From NCBI RefSeq assembly GCF_032444005.1, contig NC_091285.1, positions 516,274,001 through 516,338,000 on the forward strand: a stretch of 64,000 nt of DNA, written 5' to 3'. Source of the DNA: Ranitomeya imitator. Taxonomy: Eukaryota. The notes beneath the pieces are model-generated. The model did no database searches and was not told the origin of the DNA. It was given only the letters and a program-made list of their open reading frames with translations. Of the stretch, positions 12,461 to 24,667 are shown piece by piece (the first letter of the stretch is position 1; each line of letters begins with the position of its first letter). Position numbers and translations under genes: made by a program.

Positions 12461-13440
12461 CCCACGGCTACAGCCTTGCGCCACGTTACATTATCACCAT
12501 ACTGTCATATTACCACATGATGACCAAATATGACAACATACAGATCATTAACAAAAAACATTTTACTAAGATTAATATTACCCCTATACAATGGCCATAA
12601 GTATACAGAGTACTGGTAAATCTAGAGCATTACCGGTGGTGTCTCTAATTGAGGGCAATAAAGAAGAGCAAACCAGACAAAATTCATATGTACTTGTGGG
12701 AGCGGATTTTCCTTCGAAATTCAAATTTAATGCCCCTTATTATGCGCAGGGTCTTTCCTCTTTCCAGACCCCAGAGCATAGTGAACTTAATATATAGGAA
12801 TACAAATTCTTATATTCACCTCACAGCTCACCTCTCCATCACCTCCGCTACTCACCATCATCCGTCCAGCCTTCATCCTTGGCAGGGATCAGATTATTTG
12901 ACAAGAACCAGACAGATGAAGATTACTATTCAAGAAATGGAGTCCAGTGATTGCAAAAAATTCTGCATTTTGGCGATAGTCGATGTTTATAAAATTTGAG
13001 TAGAATGAATAAATTCGCTCATTTCTAGATGACACTAATTTTCTCATTACTTCTTCATCTTGTGCAAACCGCTATGATGTATTCCAGCTAGATTGGAAAA
13101 TGCAGAGACATTTATGGTTGATTACTGTAGGACATTATCATATCTCACACCCCTCGCCCCCACACAGACATTTATACACAAGCTACATAGTGCCACAATT
13201 TCCACCTGGTGCTCTTCACAGTAATGCCCCCTCATGCTGATTCTAGTTTGGGATACATAAATCTCCTGCTAGGTTCCATTTAGTAGTATCCTCTTTGTGA
13301 CCGCCAAATATCATTAATGTCCCCCTTTGTGGCCACATATATGAATAATACCTTCGTTTGCGTTTCCTCATATATTCATAACTAGCTATTGAACCCGTTC
13401 TACGCCCGGGTGGCGAGCATTTATATTGGTATATTGTCTC

Positions 13441-16400
13441 CATCCTGGTATGTGCTGCTCCATCCTGCGTCCCCATCCTGTCATGCGCTGCTCCATCCTG
13501 CGTCCCCATCCTGTCATGTGCTGCTCCATCCTGCATCCCCATCCTGTCATGCGCTGCTCCATCCTGCGTCCCCATCCTGTCATGTGCTGCTCCATCCTGC
13601 GTTCCCCTTCCTGTCATGCGCTGCTCCCATCCTGCGTCCCCATCCTGTCATGCGCTGCTCCCATCCTGCGTCCCCATCCTGTGATGCGCTGCTCCCATCC
13701 TGTGATGCGCTGCTCCCATCCTGCGTCCCCATCCTGTCATGTGCTGCTCCATCCTGCGTCCCCATCCTGTCATGCGCTGCTCCATCATGCGTCCCCATCC
13801 TGTCATGCGCTGCTCCATCCTGCGTCCCCATCCTTATGTGCTGCTGCATCCTGCGTCCCCATCCTTATGTGCTGCTGCATCCTGCGTCCCCATCCTTATG
13901 TGCTGCTGCATCTTGCGTCCCCATCCTTATGTGCTGTTGCATCCTGCGTCCCCATCCTTATGTGCTGCTCCATCCTGCGTCCCCATCCTTATGTGCTGCT
14001 CCCATCCTGCGTCCCCATCCTTATGTGCTGCTCCATCCTGCGTCCCCATCCTTATGTGCTGCTGCATCCTGCGTCCCCATCCTTATGTGCTGCTGCATCC
14101 TGCGTCCCCATCCTTATGTGCTGCTCCATCCTGCGTCCCCATCCTTATGTACTGCTGCATCCTGCGTCCCCATCCTTATGTGCTGCTGCATCCTGCGTCC
14201 CCATCCTTATGTTCATGCTGCATCCTGCGTCCCCATCCTTATGTGCTGCTGCATCCTGCGTCCTCATCCTTATGTGCTGCTCCATCCTGCGTCCCCATCC
14301 TTATGTGCTGCTGCATCCTGCGTCCCCATCCTTATGTACTGCTGCATCCTGCGTCCCCATCCTTATGTGCTGCTGCATCCTGCGTCCCCATCCTTATGTT
14401 CATGCTGCATCCTGCGTCCCCATCCTTATGTTCATGCTGCATCCTGCGTCCCCATCCTTATGTTCATGCTGCATCCTGCGTCCCCATCCTTATGTGCTGC
14501 TCCATCCTGCGTCCCCATCCTTATGTGCTGCTCCATCCTGCGTCCCCATCCTTATGTGCTGCTGCATCCTGCGTCCCCATCCTTATGTGCTGCTCCCATC
14601 CTGCGTCCCCATCCTTATGTGCTGCTCCATCCTGCGTCCCCATCCTTATGTGCTGCTCCATCCTGCGTCCCCATCCTTATGTGCTGCTGCATCCTGCGTC
14701 CCCATCCTTATGTGCTGCTGCATCCTGCGTCCCCATCCTTATGTGCTGCTGCATCCTGCGTCCCCATCCTTATGTGCTGCTGCATCCTGCATCCCCATCC
14801 TTATGTGCTGCTCCATCCTGCGTCCCCATCCTTATGTACTGCTGCATCCTGCGTCCCCATCCTTATGTGCTGCTGCATCCTGCGTCCCCATCCTTATGTT
14901 CATGCTGCATCCTGCGTCAACATCCTTATGTGCTGCTGCATCCTGCGTCCCCATCCTTATGTGCTGCTGCATCCTGCGTCCTCATCCTTATGTGCTGCTC
15001 CATCCTGCGTCCCCATCCTTATGTTCATACTGCATCCTGCGTCCCCATCCTTATGTACTGCTGCATCCTGCGTCCCCATCCTTATGTGCTGCTGCATCCT
15101 ACGTCCCCATCCTTATGTTCATGCTGCATCCTGCGTCCCCATCCTTATGTTCATGCTGCATCCTGCATCCCCATCCTTATGTTCATGCTGCATCCTGCGT
15201 CCCCATCCTTATGTGCTGCTCCATCCTGCGTCCCCATCCTTATGTGCTGCTCCATCCTGCATCCCCATCCTTATGTGCTGCTGCATCCTGCGTCCCCATC
15301 CTTATGTGCTGCTCCCATCCTGCGTCCCCATCCTTATGTTCATGCTGCATCCTGCGTCCCCATCCTTATGTGCTGCTGCATCCTGCGTCCCCATCCTTAT
15401 GTTCATGCTGCATCCTGCGTCCCCATCCTTATGTTCATGCTGCATCCTGCGTCCCCATCCTTATGTGCTGCTCCATCCTGCGTCCCCATCCTTATGTGCT
15501 GCTGCATCCTGCGTCCCCATCCTTATGTGCTGCTGCATCTTGCGTCCCCATCCTTATGTGCTGTTGCATCCTGCGTCCCCATCCTTATGTGCTGCTCCAT
15601 CCTGCGTCCCCATCCTTATGTGCTGCTCCCATCCTGCGTCCCCATCCTTATGTGCTGCTCCATCCTGCGTCCCCATCCTTATGTGCTGCTGCATCCTGCG
15701 TCCCCATCCTTATGTGCTGCTGCATCCTGCGTCCCCATCCTTATGTGCTGCTCCATCCTGCGTCCCCATCCTTATGTACTGCTGCATCCTGCGTCCCCAT
15801 CCTTATGTGCTGCTGCATCCTGCGTCCCCATCCTTATGTTCATGCTGCATCCTACGTCCCCATCCTTATGTGCTGCTGCATCCTGCGTCCTCATCCTTAT
15901 GTGCTGCTCCATCCTGCGTCCCCATCCTTATGTGCTGCTGCATCCTGCGTCCCCATCCTTATGTACTGCTGCATCCTGCGTCCCCATCCTTATGTGCTGC
16001 TGCATCCTGCGTCCCCATCCTTATGTTCATGCTGCATCCTGCGTCCCCATCCTTATGTTCATGCTGCATCCTGCGTCCCCATCCTTATGTTCATGCTGCA
16101 TCCTGCGTCCCCATCCTTATGTGCTGCTCCATCCTGCGTCCCCATCCTTATGTGCTGCTCCATCCTGCGTCCCCATCCTTATGTGCTGCTGCATCCTGCG
16201 TCCCCATCCTTATGTGCTGCTCCCATCCTGCGTCCCCATCCTTATGTGCTGCTCCATCCTGCGTCCCCATCCTTATGTGCTGCTCCCATCCTGCGTCCCC
16301 ATCCTTATGTGCTGCTCCATCCTGCGTCCCCATCCTTATGTGCTGCTGCATCCTGCGTCCCCATCCTTATGTGCTGCTGCATCCTGCGTCCCCATCCTTA

Positions 16401-17677
16401 TGTGCTGCTGCATCCTGCGTCCCCATCCTTGTGTGCTGCTGCATCCTGCATCCCCATCCTTATGTGCTGCTCCATCCTGCGTCCCCATCCTTATGTACTG
16501 CTGCATCCTGCGTCCCCATCCTTATGTGCTGCTGCATCCTGCGTCCCCATCCTTATGTTCATGCTGCATCCTGCGTCAACATCCTTATGTGCTGCTGCAT
16601 CCTGCGTCCCCATCCTTATGTGCTGCTGCATCCTGCGTCCTCATCCTTATGTGCTGCTCCATCCTGCGTCCCCATCCTTATGTTCATACTGCATCCTGCG
16701 TCCCCATCCTTATGTACTGCTGCATCCTGCGTCCCCATCCTTATGTGCTGCTGCATCCTACGTCCCCATCCTTATGTTCATGCTGCATCCTGCGTCCCCA
16801 TCCTTATGTTCATGCTGCATCCTGCGTCCCCATCCTTATGTTCATGCTGCATCCTGCGTCCCCATCCTTATGTGCTGCTCCATCCTGCGTCCCCATCCTT
16901 ATGTGCTGCTCCATCTTGCGTCCCCATCCTTATGTGCTGCTCCATCCTGCGTCCCCATCCTGTTATGTGCTGCTCCATCCTGCGTCCCCATCCTTATGTG
17001 CTGCTCCATCCTGCGTCCCCATCCTGTTATGTGCTGCTCCATCCTGCGTCCCCATCCTTATGTGCTGCTCCATCCTGCGTCCCCATCCTTATGTGCTGCT
17101 CCATCCTGCATCCCCATCCTTATGTGCTGCTTCATCCTGCGTCCCCATCCTTATGTGCTGCTCCATCCTGCGTCCCCATCCTTATGTGCTGCTCCATCCT
17201 GCGTCCCCATCCTTATGTGCTGCTCCATCCTGCGTCCCCATCCTTATGTGCTGCACCCATCCTGCGTCCCCATCCTTATGTGCTGCTCCATCCTGCGTCC
17301 CCATCCTTATGTGCTGCTCCATCCTGCGTCCCCATCCTTATGTGCTGCTGCATCCTGCGTCCCCATCCTTATGTGCTGCTCCATCCTGCGTCCCCATCCT
17401 TATGTGCTGCTCCCATCCTGCGTCCCCATCCTTATGTGCTGCTCCATCCTGCGTCCCCATCCTTATGTGCTGCTCCATCCTGCGTCCCCATCCTTATGTG
17501 CTGCTTCATCCTGCGTCCCCATCCTTATGTGCTGCTCCATCCTGCGTCCCCATCCTTATGTGCTGCTCCATCCTGCGTCCCCATCCTTATGTGCTGCTCC
17601 ATCCTGCGTACCCATCCTTATGTGCTGCCCCATCCTGCGTCCCCATCCTTATGTGCTGCTGCATCCTGCGTCCCCAT
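13441..17677. repeat. 31-bp minisatellite array (~135 copies)
   Basis: Unit CATCCTGCGTCCCCATCCTTATGTGCTGCTG with variants; 33-bp variant units at the left edge. Confidence 0.97.
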
Positions 17678-17796
17678 ACTGCCTCTGACCCGCTCGGCGC
17701 CGAGTGCTGGGGGGTCTGAGCAGGCGGGGACACCGGCGCGCTGTGGGGGTCAGGTGCCGGTATCGCCGCCAGCTCAGGCCCCCCCAGCACTTACTT

Positions 17797-17980
17797 TATT
17801 CACCTGTCCCCGTTCCATCGCTGAGCGCCGCCATCTTCCCGGTCCTCTGGCTGTGACTGTTCAGTCAGAGGGCGGCGCCGGCGCGCATTAAGCGCGTCAT
17901 CGCGCCCTCTGAACTGAAGGTCACAGGCCGAAGACCGGGAAGATGGCGCCGCTCAGCGATGGAACGGGGACAGGTGAATA
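17797..17980. repeat. GC-rich 184-bp inverted repeat in the Helitron 5' region
   Basis: TATTCACCTGTCCCCGTTCCATCGCTGAGCG...CGCTCAGCGATGGAACGGGGACAGGTGAATA. Confidence 0.9.
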
Positions 17981-18262
17981 TGGCCGATGCTCACCCTCCT
18001 GGCGGTCCCTGCTTCTGCGGTGGAGATCGCGGTGTGCGTTCAGCGTGAACGCACACCGCGATCTCCCGGGAGCGTCGCTCTGTGAGGCCCAGACTGCGCC
18101 GGCGCTTGCGCTTGCGCAGTCTATAGAGGCTTCGGACAGAGTGACGCTCCCAGCGTTATATTATAGATGCTATCCTTTGTGACACCAATATATTAATAAT
18201 TCCCCTCACTCGGTCGTGTGATTATTTTAGAGCTGTAGATTAAACAGCCAAGTTGCATGCAG

Positions 18263-18683
18263 ATCTCAACCCCATAGCAAACCTTTGGAGGGAGTTGAAA
18301 GTCTGTGTTGCCCAGCAACAGGCCCAAAACATCACTGCTCTAGAGGAGATCTGCATGGAAGAGTGGGCCAACATACCACCAACAGTGTGTGCCAACCTTG
18401 TGAAGACTTACAGAAACCTTTTGACCTCTGTCATTGCCAACAAAGAATATTTAACAAAATATTGAGATGAACTTTCGTTAATTACCAAATACTTATTTTC
18501 CACCATAATTTGCAAAATAAAGCTTGCCAAATCAGACAAGATGATTTTCTGGATTTGTTTTCTCATTTTGACTCTCATAGTTGTGGTCTATCTATGATGT
18601 CAATTACAGGCCTCTCTCATCTTTTTAAGTGGGAGAACTTGCACAATTGGTGGTTGACTAAATAGTATTTTTTTTCCACACTG
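18263..18683 (+). mobile_element. Tc1-like 3' fragment (transposase C-terminus plus right TIR)
   Basis: Translates [39 protein letters not shown]...KY*; ends TTTTTTTCCACACTG-TA. Confidence 0.85.
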
Positions 18684-21301
18684 TATATTGCAATGCCCCC
18701 AATACACTGTATGCCTGATTTGCATATGTCTTCTACATTAGATTTCTTATGATTGCCAAATTGGATCTCTACTAAACTTATAATTTTAAAAGGAGAAAAG
18801 TGCACTCACTGCCATATTACGACTTCCAATTGTAAAAATGTGCTGCCATACTTCCCTTAAATGAAGAGAGATCTTAGCTTGCTGTGTTTCTGGCTTGGAG
18901 GCATCTTACTGCAGCAGAACCTTTCCTTACAATGTACGTCTCATTTATTTGAAGGCATAGTCTAGAGATGAGAAGATCTGAGAAGATTTGAAGTTGTCAA
19001 ATCACATGGAATTTACCTGGAAATTTGTTTTGAAACAAATTTATTCTCTGCAAATTAAATGTGTCCCTTATTATGCTCTGGGTTCTGGAGGGACCCCAGG
19101 ACAGCACAAATGTAAAACGTAGAAGACAGAAAACAACTAAAAATGTCACATCTCATCTTCACTGCTCACTCTTTCCTGTATGGTCCTGGGCGCATCTTCT
19201 TAGCACAGTGGATGGGATTCTAGAAGTCCCTTGTCCTCTATACGTGCATGGGCACCTGAGGATCACCAACGAAAACTGACATGTGGTGCGTCTTTCAGAT
19301 CGCAGCATGTCAATTTCTCTTCCAGAGACTCTAGTCTCCACAACAGAAATGTAATCAATAGAATGCATTGAATGCGGTAAATCCACATGGTTCAGTGAGA
19401 AGATGTACCTACAGTACCTGCGTAAATAGGACGCAGCGAAAATAAGCTGCATTCAAAAAGCTGCTAATTCATGATCATGGGCACATGGCCTAAATGTACC
19501 TGCGCACTGAATCTTCACACTATTCCTGGACTTCAAGCTGTGAGTAGGCACAGGGTGACCCTGTGCATTGTAAGGCCGCAGAGACGTCACAGGGTTGTAC
19601 AAGGAATAGCAGGTTGCCCCATGAGTGAAGATGCACAGCACAGCTGGGGTTAAAAAATGTGCTAAGGAGAAGGTGGCCAGAGTGGTGAGTATTGGTTTTT
19701 TTTCTTTTAACCTTTTACTGGCTCTCTGTGGTTGAGCTGTTCACCATTTTGCTGAATTTGCATTGAACTTAATTTTAAAAAAATTCTCCATTCTGGAGAA
19801 TATGTATTTTTGGAAAATTCAAGTAGAATTCAATTTCACTCGGATAAATTCTCCCTAGCTTTAGCACTGTCCTATCTGGGATATTTTTGGCCCCATCAAT
19901 GGGTCCCACGTATTGAGAATGGTCTATGGTCTTCATTATCATGAAAGTCAAGCATGTGTTGACACTTCTGCATTCATGAGAGCATGCTGGGGTTCCTTTC
20001 TTGAGATATATCCTCTGATATTTATGGCATATTCTATTAACATGCCATAAATGTCCCAGATAGGAACATCCCTTATTAGGGGCGTCCCATGCTTTGAATA
20101 CTGATGATCTATTCATAGGATAGGTCATCAATATGAAATCAAATCAGAGCAATCCTCTTTGGATCCGTACTCTGGTTACAACACCTAAACGGCGGGAATG
20201 CCAGGTTTTGGACTCCCACTCATCTGATATTAATGACCATAGAGGGGTTATCTGGGCAAGATAAGATATCACATATTTAAAGGATAGGTGAATAATGATT
20301 GAACGGTGTCCGTCTGCCCCCTGGGACAAGCACTGATTGGCAGGACACTTTTATCCTCATTAGATCAGCAATGCGCATGCCTGACTGCTGCTCGATTCAT
20401 TCTTTATGGGCTTTTGGAAAAAGTCAAGCGCACTGCTCGACAGCCCTGTAGGGATAGGTAATACTTAGCTTCACTGGACACAACCCCTTTAAGCCCAGAA
20501 AACCCCTTTAACCTTCATTTGAACACTGTATATATCATACTTTTTGTAAATACTGTCTGGACTAAAATAATACACAGTTTCTGCCTTTGGAAAGACATAG
20601 GCCTTAGACTCCAAGGCATAAGCTATTCTCTTCCTCTCTCTTTTTCAAGTTATAAAATTCCCCTTCAACTGAAATTTCCATTATAATTAAACCGGTTTTA
20701 GGGAGAAATGTCTCTGGGCTATAAATGAAATAATAATTCTACCTGCCTGGTATCACTCCTGAAAAATGTTCTGCATACATCAGATCTGTCTTTTCAACAC
20801 AGCACATTAATTGTACACCATTTAGCCATGATAGTGTGATTAGAGCCGCGTTGTGGTAGAGCAGAAATTCACATTGATAGCTTTCCCCCTAATTAGCAGC
20901 CTAGGATGCAATCAGCAGCAACATGATGATCATCGTTTTCTTCTAAAAATGGAAAAATATGGCAAAGAATTATCGGATTTTGACAATAGTTTGAAGCAAG
21001 AAATAAAAACCTTCTGAACAGTCCGCACGCATCTCCAGTGAATGTTTATCCGAGCTGTCAAGACCCAGCAGGGACAAGCATGTCACCATGCACTGCGGTG
21101 CCCATCTATAAAGTAACGATAACTGTTTAATATTCATGAGAACATTCACATTTGATGCAAGGTGACTTATGTTTAAAGGACAAGGATTGTTGATGGTGTC
21201 AATATGTGAAGTTTATTGCTGTTAGCAAACCTTGTAACTAAGATGTCATCATTTTATTAAGCCAAGAAGTGGTCAAAGATTCATTGCCAGTGATATAGGT
21301 A

Positions 21302-21540
21302 CCGTATTTTCCGGCGTATAAGACGACTGGGCGTATAAGACGACCCCCAACTTTTCCAGTTAAAATATAAAATCTTCTCAAAAGTCGGGGGTTGTCTTAT
21401 ATGCCGGGTGTCGTCTTATAGGGTGGGTGCGGAGCAATCTGCGGTCGAAGTATATAGTGGGGGGGAGTGGTCCCGATGACGAGGTGAGGGAGCGCCTCAC
21501 CAGGAAGGTGTAAGTGAAGCAAACTGTCAGCGTCTGGGAT
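21302..21540 (+). mobile_element. pogo/Tigger-like MITE end fragment
   Basis: TA-CCGTATTTTCCGGCGTATAAGACG, with the GCGTATAAGACG motif duplicated; partner TIR not found. Confidence 0.55.
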
Positions 21541-22098
21541 GCCAGGGTTATGCAAATATGAGAGAGCGGTGCTGTGCCTAGAAAAACACTCTTCTATCAC
21601 TAATCTGGCTCAACCTTGTATCCTATTATCTCCTTCTCTGCCTCTGCTTCACTTACACCTTCCCGGTGAGGTGCCCCCTCAAGGGTTAAAAAGTAGTCTT
21701 GTACGCCAGAAAATACAGTAATTCATTTGTGGTACAAATAGCTCAGGTGGTCCATACCTAGTCTGTAGGGCAGAGGGCTTGCAGGCCCATGATGTGTGGC
21801 TCGCGGCAATCTGCCAACTTAGTGCATTTGTACAAAGTCTAGCAAGCAACTAGAGGCCTTCAGATGGTGACTTTTGTTGAGTAACCTTGAACAGAAGAGC
21901 ACTTCTTGGTGCGCTAATACTGGCAGATTGAGGGTTAGCGGGGATAAATATGGTAAGCTGGAGATAGGATGATATTATTAGATAGAGGGGTGTTAAAACT
22001 GGATTAAATATTTCGCTGGGAGTGCTTCACGTTCCAAATAGGGGTAAATAAACCCCTGGATACAAGTCTTCTGCCTATAAGTGAGGGGGCACAAGGAA

Positions 22099-22575
22099 TA
22101 TACTCACCCTCGGACGCGCCCTGCTTCTTTCCGGCAGCCTTCCTTCCTAAGAATCAGCGCTTGCAAGACCTTGCGGTGACGTCGCGGCTTGTGATTGGTC
22201 GCGCGAGCGGTCACATGGGCGGTCGCGCGACCAATCACAAGCTGCGACGTCACCGCAAGGTCCTGCAAGCGCTGATTCGAAGGAAGGAAGGTTCCCGGTT
22301 AGTACCAGGGCGCGTCCAAGGGTGAGTATAGCGATATTTTTTATTTTAATTCTTTATTTTACACTTAAATATGGATCGCAGGGCCTGAAGGAGAGTTTCC
22401 TCTCCTTCAGACCCTGGGAACCATTGGAAACCCAATGCACTGCATTGGGTTTCGAGTTTCGGCCGACCCCGACATTTTTATAGGATCGGCCGATTTCACT
22501 CGACCCGACTTTTGAAAAAGTCTGGTTTCGTGAAACCCGACCCGATCCTATAAAAGTAAAAGTCGCTCAACCCTA
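22099..22575 (-). mobile_element. Truncated relative of the large hAT: one terminus plus a 232-bp palindrome
   Basis: Ends CGCTCAACCCTA (22575); ~140 bp is collinear with the reverse complement of 27504-27645; palindrome 22099-22330; no second TIR or TSD. Confidence 0.75.
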
Positions 22576-23612
22576 GTCCTGAGTATTTATTGAAAGCTTT
22601 TATTTAAAGACACCCAAACCAAAACCTTAATGACAAAATGTATATACTACAAACTGCAAGCTTCTGGCATATGTAAAAAGATGGTACGGTGTGCCTTCTA
22701 TGCAAGGAAATAAAGGAAAGGTAACTTACATATCCTACAGGCTAGTGTGATATGTGGTCCTAGTGCCACAATGTACGTTTCACCCTTGCTTCATCAGGGG
22801 GCGTGTAAGAAAAGGAACAAAAAGGTGGGTATATATAGGTGAATGTATGTATTAATTAACCAATGGTGACTTAACTATTTTGTATATGTGGAGCGCCCCC
22901 AGACACAGGGCCACAGGTTACTCGATACTGGTCCTCTCTGTCTCAATTCTGGGGTTGTCAGGTTGGCTGGACCCGGTCCGTGACCCTGCTAAGGGGCGTC
23001 CAATAAAAGGTGAATCAAGTCTATCAAGGTTTAGTGACGCCACCTGTGGTGTTCGGTCAGGGCGACCGATGCTGCTTCGGGGTCCACTGGGGTGATGGAA
23101 TGGCAGCTAGTTGGTATACCTTCCAACAGGTGAAGGTAATCCCCAGGGCTTCCCAGTAATGTAGATGGCGATGGTGTGAGGTGCAGTCAATAACGAGAAC
23201 ACAGGGTTGCAGTCTCTTTACCTCTTTACTGAAGGCTTCAGGATCCTCAATCCAGTGCACTGTTAACAGGGCTGTCTGAGACCGGCCGGTCCGAAGGCAC
23301 ATCCAGAGTTCCCTTTGCAGGTGGAAATCGTTGCCTACCACTAGCGCCTGTGTGTTGTAGTGCTTCCCTGCTGAGCATTCGGGATAGTCCTCACAACTTC
23401 TGTTCTCGTTCTTTCTAGTTCTTTCTATTCTCCGTCCCCCAGGTTTGTTATGGCTAGGATGCACCCGTTTGACAGGAAGGCTCGGAGCTCTTCCGGGACC
23501 CTAGAGACGCCCCTCTCCACGCGTTGCCCCCTATGTCTGCTTAGGTGATGTAAGGTAGACAGCCAACCTATAATTAACTGTCCTGAGGTATTTAAAGTAA
23601 TGCATAAAGTCA

Positions 23613-24667
23613 TCGTATTTTAGCAAATGGATAAAATTTAACCTTTATTAGGTATATTAAAAAAAGGCCAATGATAGGTACTTGCATATAGACCAAAAAT
23701 AATAATAAAACAAACAAATAGGAACCCTAGCGTGATATGTGCCCTATTACCTACACAGAATGGGGAAACAACAGACAAACAGACAGATACAAATAACAAA
23801 TACTCCGCAGCACAGACCGTGCTAATGATAAATTACCAATCCACAATAGTTCTAATAGGCTCTCCAAATGCGGGCCAACTATTCTACAGTCCAGCAAGAC
23901 ATAGGTATATGGACACAGAATGCACCCCTATAATAGGGTTTTGTACCTATAACTGTGTCTATTCAATCAAAGAAAGTATATACACTTGATCCTTACTCAG
24001 GAAAGCTTCTAAACAAGAGAGTGTTAGTGTGGTGTGTACACCGTACAAGACTCCACGTATAATCACTCCACTTAGATATATATAAATACAAATGTCTCTA
24101 CATAGGATTGGAATAACATCAGTGCAGAGTAGCAGACCACACATGCAGCATTATGAGATGCCCAACAATTATATATACCCATCCATATAGCTTTTGGGAT
24201 ACATATTAGCTCATTTCAACATTCTATGAGTGTTCCCTGAAGGGTTCAGTTTGTGGCACCCTAAAGGGTTAATGATGGTGGGGTATAATCCCAGGAGCGC
24301 TGTGATGCATGAGATCAGATATACAGCAACAATCATATGCTTGGTTAGATCTCACCGCATGTTCAACTCAGTCATCCCCAGCTGATCCTCTTTCATCATC
24401 CACCTCATGTCCTGACCCTTAGAAGTTTAAAGTGTGGTGCTGCAGGAAGCGTCTCCCGACACGTTTCTTCCTTGTGGATTCATCAGGGGAGAATGCTGCT
24501 GCCATTACGGGTCTCCCCCTTCTGTGTCCTTTATAGAATCAGCTCGTGCCGCTCTGACATAGGCCCTGCCCACCTGGCGTGTGACGCGCACATCGAGCTT
24601 ATCCAGGCAGCTCCAGCCGCTCGCCGGCTTCATTAAGCACAGGGAATCCCTGCTCAGTAGCGCATGC
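23613..24667 (-). mobile_element. Penelope-like insertion in the LTR, flanked by a 39-bp duplication
   Basis: TTAACTGTCCTG(A/C)GGTATTT(A/G)AAGTAA(T/G)GCATAAAGTCA at 23574-23612 and 24668-24706; carries a hammerhead motif; no ORF left, so family assignment is inferred. Confidence 0.6.
24452..24492 (-). ncRNA. Minimal type I hammerhead ribozyme
   Basis: Minus strand TCTCCC-CTGATGA-ATCC-ACAA-GGAA-GAAA-C-GT-G-TC-GGGAGA: 6-bp stem I, intact CUGAUGA and GAAA core, GUC cleavage triplet; A-A mismatch at the base of stem II. Confidence 0.72.

Larger units (their letters stand above)
13382..18167 (-). mobile_element. Non-autonomous Helitron, 4786 bp, with satellite core
   Basis: Minus strand begins TCTATAATATAAC (18167) and ends ACCCG-GGCGTAGAA-CGGGT hairpin + 7 nt + CTAG (13382); inserted between A and T; no TSD. 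Confidence 0.8.

Noticed and set aside
6778-13027. One large hAT from TAGAGATGAGCG (6778) to CGCTCATTTCTA (13027)
   Set aside because: Flanking 8-mers (TATATGAC vs GATGACAC) do not match; treated as unpaired ends.
13389-17891. Three overlapping ORFs of 1500, 1420 and 1326 aa
   Set aside because: Artefact of a stop-free 31-bp satellite; all three frames cycle through the same peptides and show no domain.
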